A stretch of 64,000 nucleotides of DNA from Iphione sp. A-MEVVRFRX5 (lineage: Eukaryota), in the NCBI GenBank assembly GCA_976226885.1, contig OZ320313.1:119102001-119166000 (forward strand). Direction: 5' to 3'. Positions 38,641 to 52,538 of this stretch are shown one piece after another. The translations under genes and the position numbers were made by a program. The notes beneath the pieces were generated by a model. It had not been told where the DNA came from. It worked only from the letters and a program-made list of their open reading frames with translations, and ran no database searches. Each line of letters starts with the position of its first letter. The stretch's first letter is position 1.

Positions 38641-39616
38641 TTAGTTACATACCGAGTAGAGCGTTGTACGCGATATATTCGCACAGAAGGGATTAAGCCT
38701 CCGAGGCGTAGCCGAGGGGGTTAATTCCTTCTGTGTGAATCTATCAAGTACAATGGTCTACGAGGTATGTAACTTACTTAAAGCACGGCTCCCTGAAAAG
38801 CATTCTGTTTTGTCACGCACAAATATGCATGCATGTGTGTGTATGGACGGTTCCTTTTTGTCAGACTTGACTTATAAAACATTTAAAGCACGGCTCCCTG
38901 TCTCTCTGTCTTTCTGTCTCTCTCTCTGTCTCTCTCTGTCTCTGTCTCTCTGTACAATGGTCTACGAGATATGTAACTTACTTAAAGCATGGCTCCCTGT
39001 CTCTCTCTTGTCTCTGTCTGTCTGTCTGTCTGTACAATAGTCTACAAGGTATGTAACTTACTTAAAGCATTGCTCCCTGTCTCTCTGTCTCTGTCTGTCT
39101 GTCTGTCTCTCTGTCTCTCTCTCAGTAGACACACAGCTATCAAGTACAATACTCTACGAGGTACATGTACAAGATTTTGGCTGTGTCCTCCTAAAAGTGT
39201 AATTTTTGCCGTCATATTTGTCCTTTTTCATCATTGTTCCTGTCATTTTTTGCTGTTTTTGTGACTTTAGGCATCATATTTGTCCTTCTAGATACATGCG
39301 AAGCATTGAATTCACCACATAGAAACACTGACGGACATTGCCACATGTAATGAAATCGGCACTTATGGCCTTACCCTCATCTGGCCTCTGTGGCGCAGTG
39401 GATAAGAGCGCTGGATGTGCATGGGGTGGGAGAGTCATGGGTTCGAACCCTGCTCAAGCCTCAGCTAAATTTCGTCTCAACCAACACACAGATTTCATAA
39501 GGCTGTCCTTCTCTCACACCTATGGACGCTAATCCAAACAATGACTTTACGTGATATATTGGAACACTTCGTCACATAGGCCTAAAGAGAAAAAAAGATG
39601 GCGGCCGTGCTTTAAG
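38641..39616 (+). mobile_element. Palindromic non-autonomous element (Crypton-like), composite copy 1
   Basis: About 57-bp inverted arms surround CCGAGGCGTAGCCGAGG (38642-38775). CTTAAAGCACGGC (38777) and GCCGTGCTTTAAG (39604-39616) form an inverted pair. Internally there are tandem arm-end units with (TC)/(TGTC)n. The Crypton assignment is recalled from similar elements and not verified. Confidence 0.6.
39383..39460 (+). mobile_element. tRNA-derived head inside the Crypton-like element
   Basis: A box TGGCGCAGTGG (39391) and B box GGTTCGAACCC (39440). It resembles the 25972-26050 head. Confidence 0.65.
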
Positions 39617-40741
39617 AGCTTATGTAGACTAGTATTGAAATATGGGCTAGGAATGACCTATAGTAGTGGGATGGTTTATGAGAGATTTGGCAGGTGCTAA
39701 GTGACCTCTTCAGAGTATTGATGAGAAAGTTGGCAGTGCTACTTCAGCCTGGGCCTTGGTGTACTAGATATAGGACATTTGAGGATTTCACCACATTAGC
39801 CTGTCACTACGAGAGGGGTGCAGGCGACCAGGGAAACTCCCAGCTTCCCAAAATGATATCCCAACTCTTCTTGCTTTATGCTATCGTCTATGAGATGTAC
39901 CGCACCCTTCACTTCCATCTGGAAGTGGCGAAACCCTAATATCGAATCAAAAGCCTTAGAGACCAGAGTACAGTGTAATCTGCAATGCATCAGGTGTTTC
40001 CCTCTCCCACATGCGGAATCCTCAAATAAAGTATATGAAAACACAATTTTACCAGAAATAATAACGTACATGTAGTAATCAGAGGGTACACGCAGTTCTG
40101 CTACTTGTCGAGCAAATACTGATGGCTCATGATGGCTAGAGGTATTACCAGAGAGCATTCCCTTGATGAAAGGTTTATGGATCAATATGCTGCATCAAGG
40201 GGCTCTGTCCTTATCATTTAGATGGTGATTGTGCTGCGTCTTTTACGTATACAGTTAGGCATCTTTGTAGTGATCTCCTTTATAATGGCATACTCATTAC
40301 ACAAGTAAAACAAGTCATAATATCATTGATATTTAAGTAATATTGTGACTTATAAATCATAATAATATACTGGCTATAATTCTCTAGAAATGCATGTAAA
40401 TATAAAGAGGCATGATTGTAGATTAGATTATATTTCAGTATAAATGATATTGTGAGTCATTCATTATGATAAAAAGTGCCGTAACAAAGGATTCTTTTTT
40501 TGTTATAGACAGATATGTAACTATGACAAAGACGACGAACAAAGACGACGTACGTATTTATGTGTATAAAGCAAGTACATCATCATGTGGGTAAATTAAA
40601 TTGTAGAAAACCAACACAAACTGTATATTGCCATCCAGTCGAAATAAACTTTTTAACATTACAGATATTTTCCAATGAATCGTTAGTCAGGATATCGTTG
40701 TGCCGTATCAAGTTTAAATGTTCTCAGTTTCTTTGTGCTGG

Positions 40742-41084
40742 GGCCAAAAAAATAGGTGTATTTCTGGTAATCCACCCCTACCTAGTAAAACCTCACCCAA
40801 CCTGAAAAGTGTTTGGCCCCAAGGATTTTTTAAGGCTGATTTTCCCTAGATACATGTTTTCATGGTATGTGTTTTTTGTAAATTCAGTAGAAAAATAACA
40901 AAATCCATAGAAATTCACTAAAAGCCTGTAAAACTCATACAGATTGGTCAAATCCTTCATACTGCCTTTATTATTATTGAAAACCAGAGCAAGAAAGTGG
41001 AAACAAAATAATTATTTTTAAAAAGATACCTCCCCTCCCTACTTAGGTTTTGGTCATGACCAGAAACACACCTATTTTTTGGCC
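40742..41084. mobile_element. PIF/Harbinger-like MITE, copy 2
   Basis: Same TIRs and interior as copy 1, with a 3-bp TSD TGG/TGG. Confidence 0.8.
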
Positions 41085-41979
41085 TGGTCATAATCATGCT
41101 CCTCGTGACTGGCTTGATATACTGGGTAGAACGCTCAGGTGGATTAGGTTGTATTTCTTTAACGAAAGTCACAAAGTTGATACAAATAGCTTTATATCCG
41201 CCGCCGGCGATTTCGTCGTCTCTCGCGATGCCCAGGATGCTAATTATAGCACTTGATCCCTCTCGCGATCAATGAACCCACCCTTGTTCTTATGTACGTT
41301 GTGTACACACATGCTAGTCTTATAAGACGTTGCACAGGGGCTGTATTATTAACTTTTGAGCCTGACTCTTTCTTATTTATAGACAATGTAATACATATGA
41401 TAACATTATCACGTAGAATAAATTGGCAAAAATCAACATTGGGGAAGCATCACCCAAGGAACAGGGGTACAGGGAGGTCAAGGGCATTGATCAGGGTGGA
41501 ATAGTATTAAGTCGTCTGGGAAATGCATGTATTTTTGTTCCCCACACACACATGTATAACGAGTGCTGATGTCACCGACATGCGGCCTGCTTGTAGGGTC
41601 CTACTGCGTCCCCGCCCGGAATAATACGTCAGTTCCAGTAAACTCACTCTGATGTCAGTCCTCATGTAATGTCTCTAGATGCTCTCAGCGCCTCACCCTC
41701 ACTGAAATTTCCCATCACCTTATCCACTGAACAAAATTGTTTACCTGACATGAAAGGAAAAACAACGGGCGTTTCACAAAGTCAACAGAATTTTAAATTA
41801 CACATACCGGTAAATGGAGTCGCTATCAGAAATGTTGCAGTGTGCAGGTTTTTTAGTACTGTTAAGACGATATCACTAATTCCACAACAAGAATTCCACC
41901 CCTCAAGCTAACTGAAATTATACAAATGTAGTAACAACCAGAGAAGGAAATCCAGTGCCAAACTAAAACTGACTTTCAT

Positions 41980-42347
41980 CTTCATTGTACATATATACCT
42001 AATCAAGAACCAGAGATTCAGCCTCCTTAGCTGTTGTTCCATATCCTCCTGGGGTAGCATACTACCATCTATTATTGAGAACTGAGATATCAGAATATTC
42101 AGGATTGCCCCTTACTCTTATTTTAAACAGGTTTCTGGGGTATTTTTTTTGTAAAGGGGACAGAGTTCTATACATGTACATGAATACCCAGAGCCTTTAT
42201 CCCAAGTTGTAGACCACATGGTCTTGGGGCAGTGAATCTGGTATGTTCAAGAGTATCTGGTCATGATCAAGAGTCCCAAGCCCAGGATTCAATCTGATTA
42301 GTGGACCAGTCCTAGTACAGCACTCTAACCAACTGAGCTAACTCCCC
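41980..42347 (-). mobile_element. tRNA-derived SINE, uninterrupted copy
   Basis: The reverse strand begins GGGGAGTTAGCTCAGTTGGTTAGAG (A box) with a degenerate B box. The body aligns along its length with 11530-12240. Confidence 0.72.
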
Positions 42348-43199
42348 ATAGTATTTGCCTTAATGGCTATCACATAATTATGCATGCATAATGTACCAAA
42401 TGTGCCAAGTAGTCAAACAATGTTGGCTTGAACACCTTCGGACGATGATATCCCAATTGGCAAGACATCTTTCCATTTTACACTGCTCCCTGTAAATTCT
42501 CCATCCACTCTGCTGGAAGTATTAACTGGTCCACAGTGAACAGACTGCACCATCGGTTTTGCACGTACATAATCAAACATTTAATACAAAGCATCAGCTG
42601 TAGTGTGGTGAAAAAAGCACAGCAAAACACCTCGGAACATCCTAGGATTTGTTACAAATAGCTGAACGCATTCATGGCATCATCTATTCGCTGCATTAAT
42701 TGGTACATGTACATGTGATATGGTCACTCTTATTATGTACACTCTTAGACCCTGATGTAAAAAAACAGGCTGTGTCTCGTTTACAGCCTAGCATGTGATT
42801 TAACAATATTGCTGTAAAATCTGTTGATTACATACTTATAAAGTATAAATAAGTGTAGGGTTTACATGCGCTTGAAACTATAGGGACCCTTTTCTATCGT
42901 GCTTCTAGGTTTATCGTTCAAGTCCGAGGTAATTCACTTAGCTCAGGTGATCCCCATATTTGCTTATATTATTATACCTATATCACGCCACTGAAGATTT
43001 GATGTCTGTATTTGGACCCAACCTAAAGGTTAACTATTCATACATTTACCTGAAGAGGCAATTAACTTCATATAATGAGTCGTGTGCGATTACCAAATGT
43101 GTACTATAGAATGTCAAAGGCGCTTGATAGCAAAAATCCAGGTGTAAAAGCTGATGTGTTAGCTACACCGTAGGCACACAATGTCCTCATTTGTATATT

Positions 43200-43738
43200 C
43201 AAACGTGTACTATATACATGTAGTGGTGGGCCTTTTTGTTGGTAGGCCGAGGGAAATCCCAGTTTCGTCCGACCCAACCAATGAGCTCGATGTGTGACGT
43301 TATTACTAACAAACTCACTGGGAATTCCTCGTGGGCTAAATTTAGCCTGGATAACTGTATTGTGCCCCACTGCCAGTGAGAGAAGAAGACATTCCAGGGA
43401 CACACACGCAAGCAGGAACTAGCATCATAACCTACTTTGTGTTCTCTCGAGAGGTGGTATGTGGAGCGACAGGACGACAACGTCCTCCTCCAGAGAGATA
43501 TGGCGTTAAAAGTGTTTAGCTATGAGTTTGCCTGACGTGTACCTTTATGGACATCGCTTCAGTGATTAAGGAAGCTCGTTCTGGTGAGGATTTTAAGCAC
43601 TAGTGTGTTTCGTGCTAGAACGGCTACTTGCTAAGACCTGCTTGACTACTTTGGCCTCGTTAGGTGGCTACTGACTCTCGCCGTGCGTTCCACTTAGAAG
43701 GGAAAGGAGGAACTACAGGAGGGCTTGGTGTGAACGCC
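43200..43738 (+). promoter_or_regulatory. Putative proximal promoter/5'UTR of the Rho gene
   Basis: CpG-enriched relative to the flanks. CCAAT near 43277 and TGACG motifs near 43294 and 43533. The TSS cannot be determined from sequence alone. Confidence 0.4.
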
Positions 43739-43945
43739 ATGCCGGAGTTTATTGACAACAAAATGCGTCGCTACCCGGCCGAAAATGGCGCTCGTAAAGG
43801 AGGCAGCGACACAGTCCGCCGGAAACTGGTCGTCGTCGGCGACGGCGCATGCGGCAAAACGTCGCTTCTCACCGTCTATACAACAGGAGAGTTTCCGGAA
43901 GTACACATCCCGACGCTGTTTGAAACCCGAATGACCGACGTGCAG
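43739..43945 (+). CDS. Rho: Rho-family small GTPase (RhoA-related, atypical), coding exon 1
   Basis: Translates [69 protein letters not shown], with P-loop GDGACGKT and switch I PTxFE. The exon ends CAG|GTGAGG (donor at 43946, phase 0). The start is either gccATG at 43739 or the ATG at 43763. Confidence 0.92.
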
Positions 43946-46528
43946 GTGAGGCGCTAGTTAACTGGTTAATCTCCGCGATTCGTGTGAATTCAAGGAGAGA
44001 GGCCCACGCCAACATAATATTGTACAGGACGTCAAATTTCAATTTGACCTATGGGCATGCATGATGTACTACCTGTCTATACTAATACATTTAATGCCAT
44101 GTCTGCTTATGACTCGGTATGTTTAGGGACTCTCCAGCAGCATTGCTGTGTCAGTGTGTCACAACCCGTCTTTGTGACCTCCTGTGCACACCTTGATCCC
44201 TATTATCTTCGCCTGCTTATTTGGTATTGTTAGGCATACGTATATAGAGGTGTATGTTTGTGTGTTTGTCGAATGGTTAGCTGTAGGAAATAATGTAATT
44301 GGAAATTGATTTTTACCTTTCTTTTTCCTTAGCTCCTCAGGGGGTTAGATTCCTGACTAAACTTGAAATATACAATAACTCTTCGCTAATCTAACATCCC
44401 CTGATTCCAAAAGAATCTGTCTCCAATAATAAGGTGCTCGAATAGAGAGGATTGTTTTCGTATGGAAATGTCCATTCACTTTCAAGAGATTTTTTGTGGT
44501 GCTTTCGTGAGGTACCTTCAATAATGAGGGGTTGGAACAGCGAGAAGCCTTTAAATGTAGTCGATTCCCGTCTATATTCAAAGTTTCAGGTTGATTGCAT
44601 TAGTAGAACGGCGAAGTTGCGTAAAAAGTTATTTCGTACGTTTACATATATCGTCAACACAGTCAGTGAAAATGATCCATTTAACCAGGGAGGTAGCTGG
44701 ACAGGTTAACTTGGTCCATTGGTCCTGCATGACTCTCCAGTTAGTTATCTAGCTGACTCCCAGAGCTTATTATCGAATTTATTGTGTTTTTGACTATTTC
44801 ATTCAAAGGATTTTGTTACTTGAATGCTGATTTCTCGGTAGTCTGTCATCATAGAGTAATGGCCTGATGCGGTTTAAGAAACCGCCGTAGACTAGGCTCG
44901 ACAGATGGCCTAAGGATGTGAATAAAAGTGACGTGTCCAGCAGTAGTCGAATTCTCCCAAATCAGTTAATATGATTTGGTGTTGCTCTCCTCATATTCAT
45001 CACATTATATCGTGGCATAGACATCTGAAACCCTGTACGTATTGGGTGTGGTTCACACTTCAAAATAAAGAGATTCTCAATATCTCAATCTCGATATAGC
45101 AATATGAAAAGAAAGACACTATATCATCAACCTCTGAGATCAGTCGTTTTTTTACCGATATGGCAGAACAGAACTAACAACACACACACGGATGGCCAAA
45201 TGGTAAGCTGTTTGCGAAAATAGAAAAGGATTTAAAAAAAAGAAGTCACTGAAGGATGTGATGTCACCGGTGATCGTGATTTCAGCCCACTGGCATTAAA
45301 AGTACGGCTACAGTTGATATATTGCAGACCTGTTATTCTCTAGCCCATTTTCGAACCCATGATGACATGGATATAAATTAAATATCTAGGTCTAGAATTC
45401 CTGCTAAGGTCTCCTTCATAAGAATGTTTCATTTAAGGTATATTCCCAAGCGACCTCTTATTGACCACTAAGCTAGAGATATTTCATTGATAGCATGATC
45501 TAATTTCCAGAATTGTATAGGTTGCTCCGTCCAGAGGCTCCAGAATACAGTCTCAATAGGGAATAAAGAACACAGCTAGGTCGGCCTGCCTGAACTCACG
45601 AAAAGAGAGATAGGTGGAGCAGCATGAAGGCAAGGACATTTCTTTGCTGGTTAAAAAAACAGGTCGAGACTTATAGATGGTTATCCTTCAGAAAATATTG
45701 GGGAGGGTGCCGTATATCAAGCATATATCTGTGTTTGTCATGCCCGGACGCTTTGTAGCCCACCTTCTGTGTCAGTGATACATATCTTCAAGGAGCTTAG
45801 CGTATCTAACTAGCAGGGAGAGGGGACAACAATTTTAGATATGCGTGAATGACGATTATAATTTAGCGCGATTTGTGAAACACCTCTCCAACTCGCCGTG
45901 AATTACTCTACACAGATCTCCCACACTTGTTCAGAAAACACTATTCAACCTTTAAATTCACCACAAATCATTCCTCTTTGGAATACGTGCTGAAACGTTG
46001 TGTGGGGGGCCCTGACCTACCACTGCAAATGACACCATACTGTTATATAATCTTTACTTATTGCTTAACAACCATTCTGTATCAAATTGGCCGTCCTTTT
46101 AAGGAGTTCTGAATAATGACAACTGAAAGAATCCACAATAATTGCAGGAGGCATTCAGGAGTGGGGAGCGGTCAGACGCAAAGGTAGATATGGAATATAC
46201 GGATCTACTAAAGGTATATACTTCTATGGGGTCAGATTATACTGAATCACACTGAACACCAGTGGGACATCTAAGGGTCTGTGTCCTTACCTGCGTTGGT
46301 ATCCATGTGCGTTTGTGTGCAATTTGTGTGCATTTTTATTGAACCATAAAGTTTCAGTGGAGGGTGCCAATTGTGTTCATGTTTGTTTGTGTGTTTCTGT
46401 GTTTGTGTGTGTTTTGCATCTGTTGACCGTTATTGGTCCCTGACTGATAATTTAATTCACACAGACAGCAAATGGACAGTAGTATACAGAAGATAGTCTT
46501 TGTAGGAGGCAATGGTTAACATGATAAC

Positions 46529-46667
46529 CACACATCTACACATATCTGCAGATTTCTGCACATATCCACACATTTCTGCACATTTCCGCACATTTCTGCA
46601 CAATATTGCCATTTTCGGTACTTTCTTCATGAAATTCAGCATTTTTCTGTACTTTCTTCATGAAATT
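46529..46667 (+). repeat. 10-bp tandem array (CACATTTCTG x about 7) plus a 31-bp-period duplication
   Basis: Directly visible: GTACTTTCTTCATGAAATT at 46618 and 46649. Probably the interior of a DNA transposon whose ends I could not resolve. Confidence 0.8.
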
Positions 46668-49600
46668 TGACATTTTTTCACACAGCATTAACACAATCAA
46701 TAGACACCCTTATCCGTGAGCCTGTGTTGCAGGAAAACGTATGGTAATGCACACGGAAGACAAACACATGGAAATGCCTGACAAAGCACATAAGGAAACC
46801 GACCGTAAGAGATCGGAATGGAAAAGAGAATGTCATAAGCATGGGTATTTGTCAATAGAGGAATTGCCATTTTTATTCCCCATGGATAAATTCTTATATC
46901 ACTGGAATTCTTTACAAGTCATTATTTTGCTCTGTAAAGCGTTAAAGGATCTTCTATGGCTCTCGTCAAATCGTTATCTGCACAGGAAGGTGCGACCTCT
47001 TCCTAACCATATCCCCCCCTGGTTTATACACGTTACAAAATTAGGTCAAGTGCGTCGAGTGAAAGTGGCTGTTCCCTTCGTTGTGGAAGAAACTTGATTT
47101 CGTCAAAATGAAAATACATGTGACAAACATATGCAATCGACCAGGAGAAAATGGTTTGCCGGTGCAATACAATGAAAACACAAAAACATTGGGGGGCATC
47201 ATTTTGTGCAAAGATTATGTAAATGCTCTTTCTAGATCCAAAGATATCTCGATGCAAAGTTGATTGACCCACTCTTTCTAAAAGATGGAACTTAATGCTT
47301 CATATATCTAGGGTGTAAAACAGGATAAATTTTTTAAGAAATTACAGTTCTTGATAAAACACTTTTCATATTTCTAAAATATCCTTAAATTTGATTACTA
47401 TAGTAACCCAATGTATGTTTTTATGTAAATAAGCTGATTTACACATCTCATCCTATGACTCCAAATTACCATATTAGGAATACCCATTTACCAAACCTTC
47501 GTTCTTGACATATAGCTGTTGACAACAGTATAATTTAGAATAAGATATCCGTAGAAATGATGAAATTCTGTATCTTAAATGAACCCTTGGGAAATGATGC
47601 ATAGTTTTTACAACAGGAAATACACATATTACTATGGTGGGCCTTTTTGTACAGGAACAAGGAACATGTAGAGATCCGTCTGATAGTCTTGTGTGTATTT
47701 AATCACGTTGACCATACTCAGTGCCAACGGAGCACCGTCTTCCTATGACGTCTTGCACGGAAGTCCGGAGAGGCCTTGTCTTTTTCCCTCAAATCATACG
47801 TCGTAGTGGTCTTATCCCCTGTAAGATTCTGAAGGGTAGCTGACACGGATGGGAGAGGGGCACACGTCCGCGCCTATTCACCGGTTGGTTTCGCACTGAG
47901 CGGTCATGTGGTATGTGTAAACTTTCAGGGGATAATGTGCCCATGAACTACGCCCGTAGAGGACCCTGCGTCTAAAGCAGGAACTGAACCCAAGATAACG
48001 TTTGAGCCTGAGATAGGGATATTTACATTATTATGTGGCACTGTAGCTGGACTGTTTGTCTCCAACACTATTACACACCCGAATGCACTAGTTCAAGGTG
48101 GGGCAAATAATGGTCTCCAAATGACATTATACAAATCTATATGTAATAGCTCCAAATACATGTACATGTAACTGTACACATTAATAAACATTTTATGATT
48201 AAGAAGGGACACTGTTTTTAATGCTTTTATGTCAAACACCTCAATATTAACTCTAGAACATTCGATCTTTGTGAAGCAATCATGTCGCATTATGTTTTCT
48301 CTGCAAACCTTTTCATATCGAAATAAAACAATCCATGATGGTTAACAACTCATTGTACAGGTTCATAAAATATCAGTCGATGTCATGCGAAACATAACAT
48401 CAAGCAACTATTTTCTTATGCTACAATATGCATCAACATGCTGCATTGGATGATTCATGCATTATATAAGATTTTTTCCCCTCAAGAGAAAGAGCAAAAT
48501 GCCAAAGTGTTGTGATTCCCTGGTCATTTTCAAATAAACAAATAATTGTAATAGATGTGGTAGTGAGAATGATTGGCTGAAAAGTATTATTTTCAATCGT
48601 ACTCAAAGCATTTACATCAGAACTAACGATAAAATGATGTTTCGATGTTGTATATATGCAGGATCAGAAGATATATACAACTGTTACTGCATCAAAGTAA
48701 TCGATGTGCCATATTTTGTTGATGGTGATTAAATTTAAACACGGAAGAAATCACAGGTGGCTCAGAATGAGATCGGATGGAAGGAAAGGGACAAAGGTGA
48801 TCGGCCACATCGCCTATTTCATGCATTTACATCCGCCTGGCAACATATCAAAAATATTGAACTCTGGAGGCACGCACTTTTCCCGTGAGATTAAAGGTAA
48901 TGCTGTATATAATCATGTCTGACATGATCTTCAGCTTCCATGTGCTTTTCCATATCTGTAAATCAGACCTATAATGCTTTAGCGAAGGAGAGATGTGATT
49001 GAGTTGCAGCAAAATATTAATTGGACCTGTACAGCAGCAGGTCAGTGGCCATTATACTGACAAAGAAAAATGCCATTGGTGACAGTCAGCATTGAAGTGA
49101 TTCAAACCAGAGGCCACCTCACCCTCCCTCACTGGCCGTCACTTTCCCCTCACTTTTCACTCTGTATGGAAATCAATATGGTTGGTGTTAGGCAATTACT
49201 AGGGATATCTGTAGACATGTAACAGGGGCGTATTGACCAGTATGAAAACGAAAGTGTAACTGAAAAGTTCAGGTCAGTTTAACTGAAGTTTGACGGTACT
49301 AGGTGTAGGTAAGGAAATACCCACGCTCTAACACACTGACACACAGCCACATACCCTTACAGACATACTCAGACGCTCATAAATACACTAGCACACTTTT
49401 CAAATTTCTTTGAACTAGTTTTTCTAAAGAGGCCGCTTATATTGTCTCAGTGAGTTTCGCTTAAAACGTTTTATGCAATTTTAAAAGGACATTTATTACA
49501 GGTTTCTGTTTTGTGATCACTATGATCATTATGATTAAATGCCAGCTTTATATCGCAGCAAATAATTTTCGTCTTTCTGCGGAATAGAACATTTCAGTGC

Positions 49601-50803
49601 ATTGGAACAGCTGTGTCTTACTGATAATTTTTCGTATATTTTTCTATTGCATTAGATATTAACATATTTGCATTCATGGTAGACGTTCTGGTATGAATTG
49701 GCCACAGAGATCACTTCATAAATCTTGGTGGATAAGACGTGTACATGTATACATAAAGCGGGGTCATACAGTATCCGTAGTGAGCAACGTTTGTCTCTGG
49801 GGAGAGCAAACACAGTTATGTATCTGTACGTTTAGAAACTACGCAGTTCGCTCATTTTATGCTGTGACTTGATAGTTTTGATAGTGATTTAATTTATATT
49901 TTCTTAGGAAAACTGCATGCATTTTGTAGACAGTTCGGCGGATGGAAACACGGTTTTAGGCATGCCTGTTGTGTGTTTTATGAGTTGATTATGTACATAT
50001 TATATGTTGAATACGCTCCACGTTCAACGTTGTACAGAAAGGCTCGACGACCCAAAGGTTCTTGGCATCTTATTAACGTATACAGTGAAACCAAATGGTG
50101 ACGTCAGAGGGGGAATATGTTCGAATTTGCTCAGAACAAACCATTTGCCTCTTTAATCTTATAATGTGAAAACACCAGGAATGTGACCATATAACAAATA
50201 TATGGTCACCTCGACCTACAGTCACTTAATTTTATATACGGAAGGTGATAGCAGGGATACTGTCTGGCAACAAAGGGTTAGCTTAAGGGGCCTGGAGTAC
50301 TATTGGAATCACACGTTCGTTTTCTATCTGGGAAGGGTCCGGGCTTCATAGACGCTAGTGTTTGCGTAAACGTTGTCCAAACAGGCCTGTTGATGATGAA
50401 GTGCAAGGCTAGAATGATATTTGGAGTTTGAATATCAGAATTGCAGTTAACAGGCTAATATCCTGTGGAATTTGCAGGGGGAGGGGGACCGGGACATGGG
50501 GGCCATAGTTTCGAGGTTTCACTATATGACAAGCAGTGAAGGAAATAAAGTTTTCCAATGTTTAGTGGATGAATGTGAAAAATTAGTATGTATGCATTAC
50601 GTTATACATGAATATCATCACTGATAATCTTTTGTTGCATGTGATGTTTTGCCTGAGATAATATATATAAAGCCCTTAACTATAGATTAAATTTTTTTCT
50701 TAGTTAACACAGACTGTTTAATATTAGGAAAATGCACCATTATCTGCGCGTATAAGCGTTATTACCTAAGATATTTGGTCATTTTACAGGGGCAAATTTT
50801 TAA

Positions 50804-50933
50804 AGGTGTAGTCAGGTACTGAGAGTCGTGGAAACACTCTGGATCCTTTTTCCTCAATTTTAAAGCTACTCTTTTTTAGTAGTACACACCATTTTTTTGT
50901 GCCGAGAACTAGGTTACGCCGTGCCCACAGCCT
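50804..50933. mobile_element. Short Kolobok-like MITE
   Basis: TTAA|AGG ... CCT|TTAA with a perfect TTAA duplication. TIRs are weak. Confidence 0.45.
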
Positions 50934-51645
50934 TTAAAAGGAAGACTTCTATTCGTGATCATTGTGTTTGCAGACCTCAGTGAATGGTACGTCCACATAT
51001 TGCGATCACTGCACGGACCACCATTTGAGAGTGGGAGGGATTCGTGAACGCAGATTCATGTAGGGCCTCTGCTGTATGAATTTTTTCTGCGGGATTTCCT
51101 GTTTCAGCAGAGTAATGCAATGTACTGTGTCTCTTTTGTCTTTCTCGTTAGGAGTTTTCAGGTAGAATTGCGTAGTTTTGTCAGAAGAGAGATAATATTA
51201 TTGAAAACTTGATTCAATACAAATTGTTTACATTAGACCACAGGATTGTAGGTACATTATTATCAGAACTTTCCAGAGGGATAGGTCATCAACATGATTC
51301 AATTGTTATCAACGCGTCTGCTTCAGAGTATAATCATTCTAAATTTGAAGGCCTGATACTTTTTGCCGAACAAGTGCCAGTCACCATGACAGACCTTTTT
51401 TATATGAACTGATGCTTCAAGACTCTGATGTCCTTCAGAAATTTTACAAAGGGGCAATCAGGTCTCAAGGGGCAGAAGTGGCCTGACAGCCTTTATGACC
51501 TTATTATAGCAAGAAACTTACGGAATTATGTGGTGTGCTGACACATACTACATTTACAAGTACTTGTCTTTGAGTTATTTTAGTGCAGAAAGAAGTGTAG
51601 GCCTACACAGAGTCAACTGATAAGTACTGATGATAATAATTCATG

Positions 51646-52298
51646 GAACACACTTCATATGGGGTAGAGTTCTTCCTGGGTCCAAAGAGCAATAAACAGT
51701 AATACAAAAAAATGTAATAGAAAGGGAGAAAGGTTACAATAAAATGGGGAAACTGCGGTACAATTCCATAAACAGGACTAGGTTATTATCATTTTCAAGC
51801 ACAGTGGCCATCTTTTTTTCTCTTTAACTCTGCGCCTCATGGGTTAATCCCTTCTGTGCAAATATATCACATACAATGCTTTCCTCGGTATGCAGCTATC
51901 ACCTAAAGCACAGTGGCCATCTTTTTTCTCTTTAACTCTATACTAGTATAGGAAAGTGTACCAATATACCACGTAATGTCACTGTTTGGATTAGTGGTTG
52001 AAGGTGTTAAATGCTAACACCTTTGAACATTGCCTCTAATGTTCCTGAAGGGAGGTGAAACAAACAGTATTAGAGGTGGCAGCCATGTTGCAAAAATCCT
52101 TCTAGCTGACTGGGAGACTCGAACCCATGTCGTCTGTATTGTCTGCTGGCGTCCTAACCCACTAGACTACAGAGACAGGACTATAGTTGGATGATATATG
52201 TTGCATTCATAGAAGGATGTTGTGTGCTTACTCTAACTCTCTGTTCAGGTGTCTGTTACCTGTTGTGTATCCCTTGTAACCCTCTGTAAATGTGTGTG

Positions 52299-52340
<42 letters not shown>

Positions 52341-52499
52341 GGGAGAGAAAGCCATGCTTTATGTTACACCCATACCTCATACGAGAGAAGAGAGAGATAG
52401 AGAGAAAGAGAGAGAGAGAGAGAAAGAGAGCTTGTATACTTTACTCCTCAGACTTACCATGTTTCTCTGTCTCCTTCTCTCACTTCTCTATCTCTCTTC

Positions 52500-52538
<39 letters not shown>

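Noticed and set aside
43223-47646. Shared 16-mer TGGTGGGCCTTTTTGT in the Rho promoter region and intron
   Set aside because: Flanks do not align convincingly. A single 16-mer match in 64 kb is not enough to call a duplicated enhancer.
25972-52176. tRNA genes at 25972-26050, 39383-39460, 42280-42347 and 52105-52176
   Set aside because: A/B boxes are present, but I could not fold acceptor and anticodon stems. They sit within repeats, so they were treated as SINE-derived heads.
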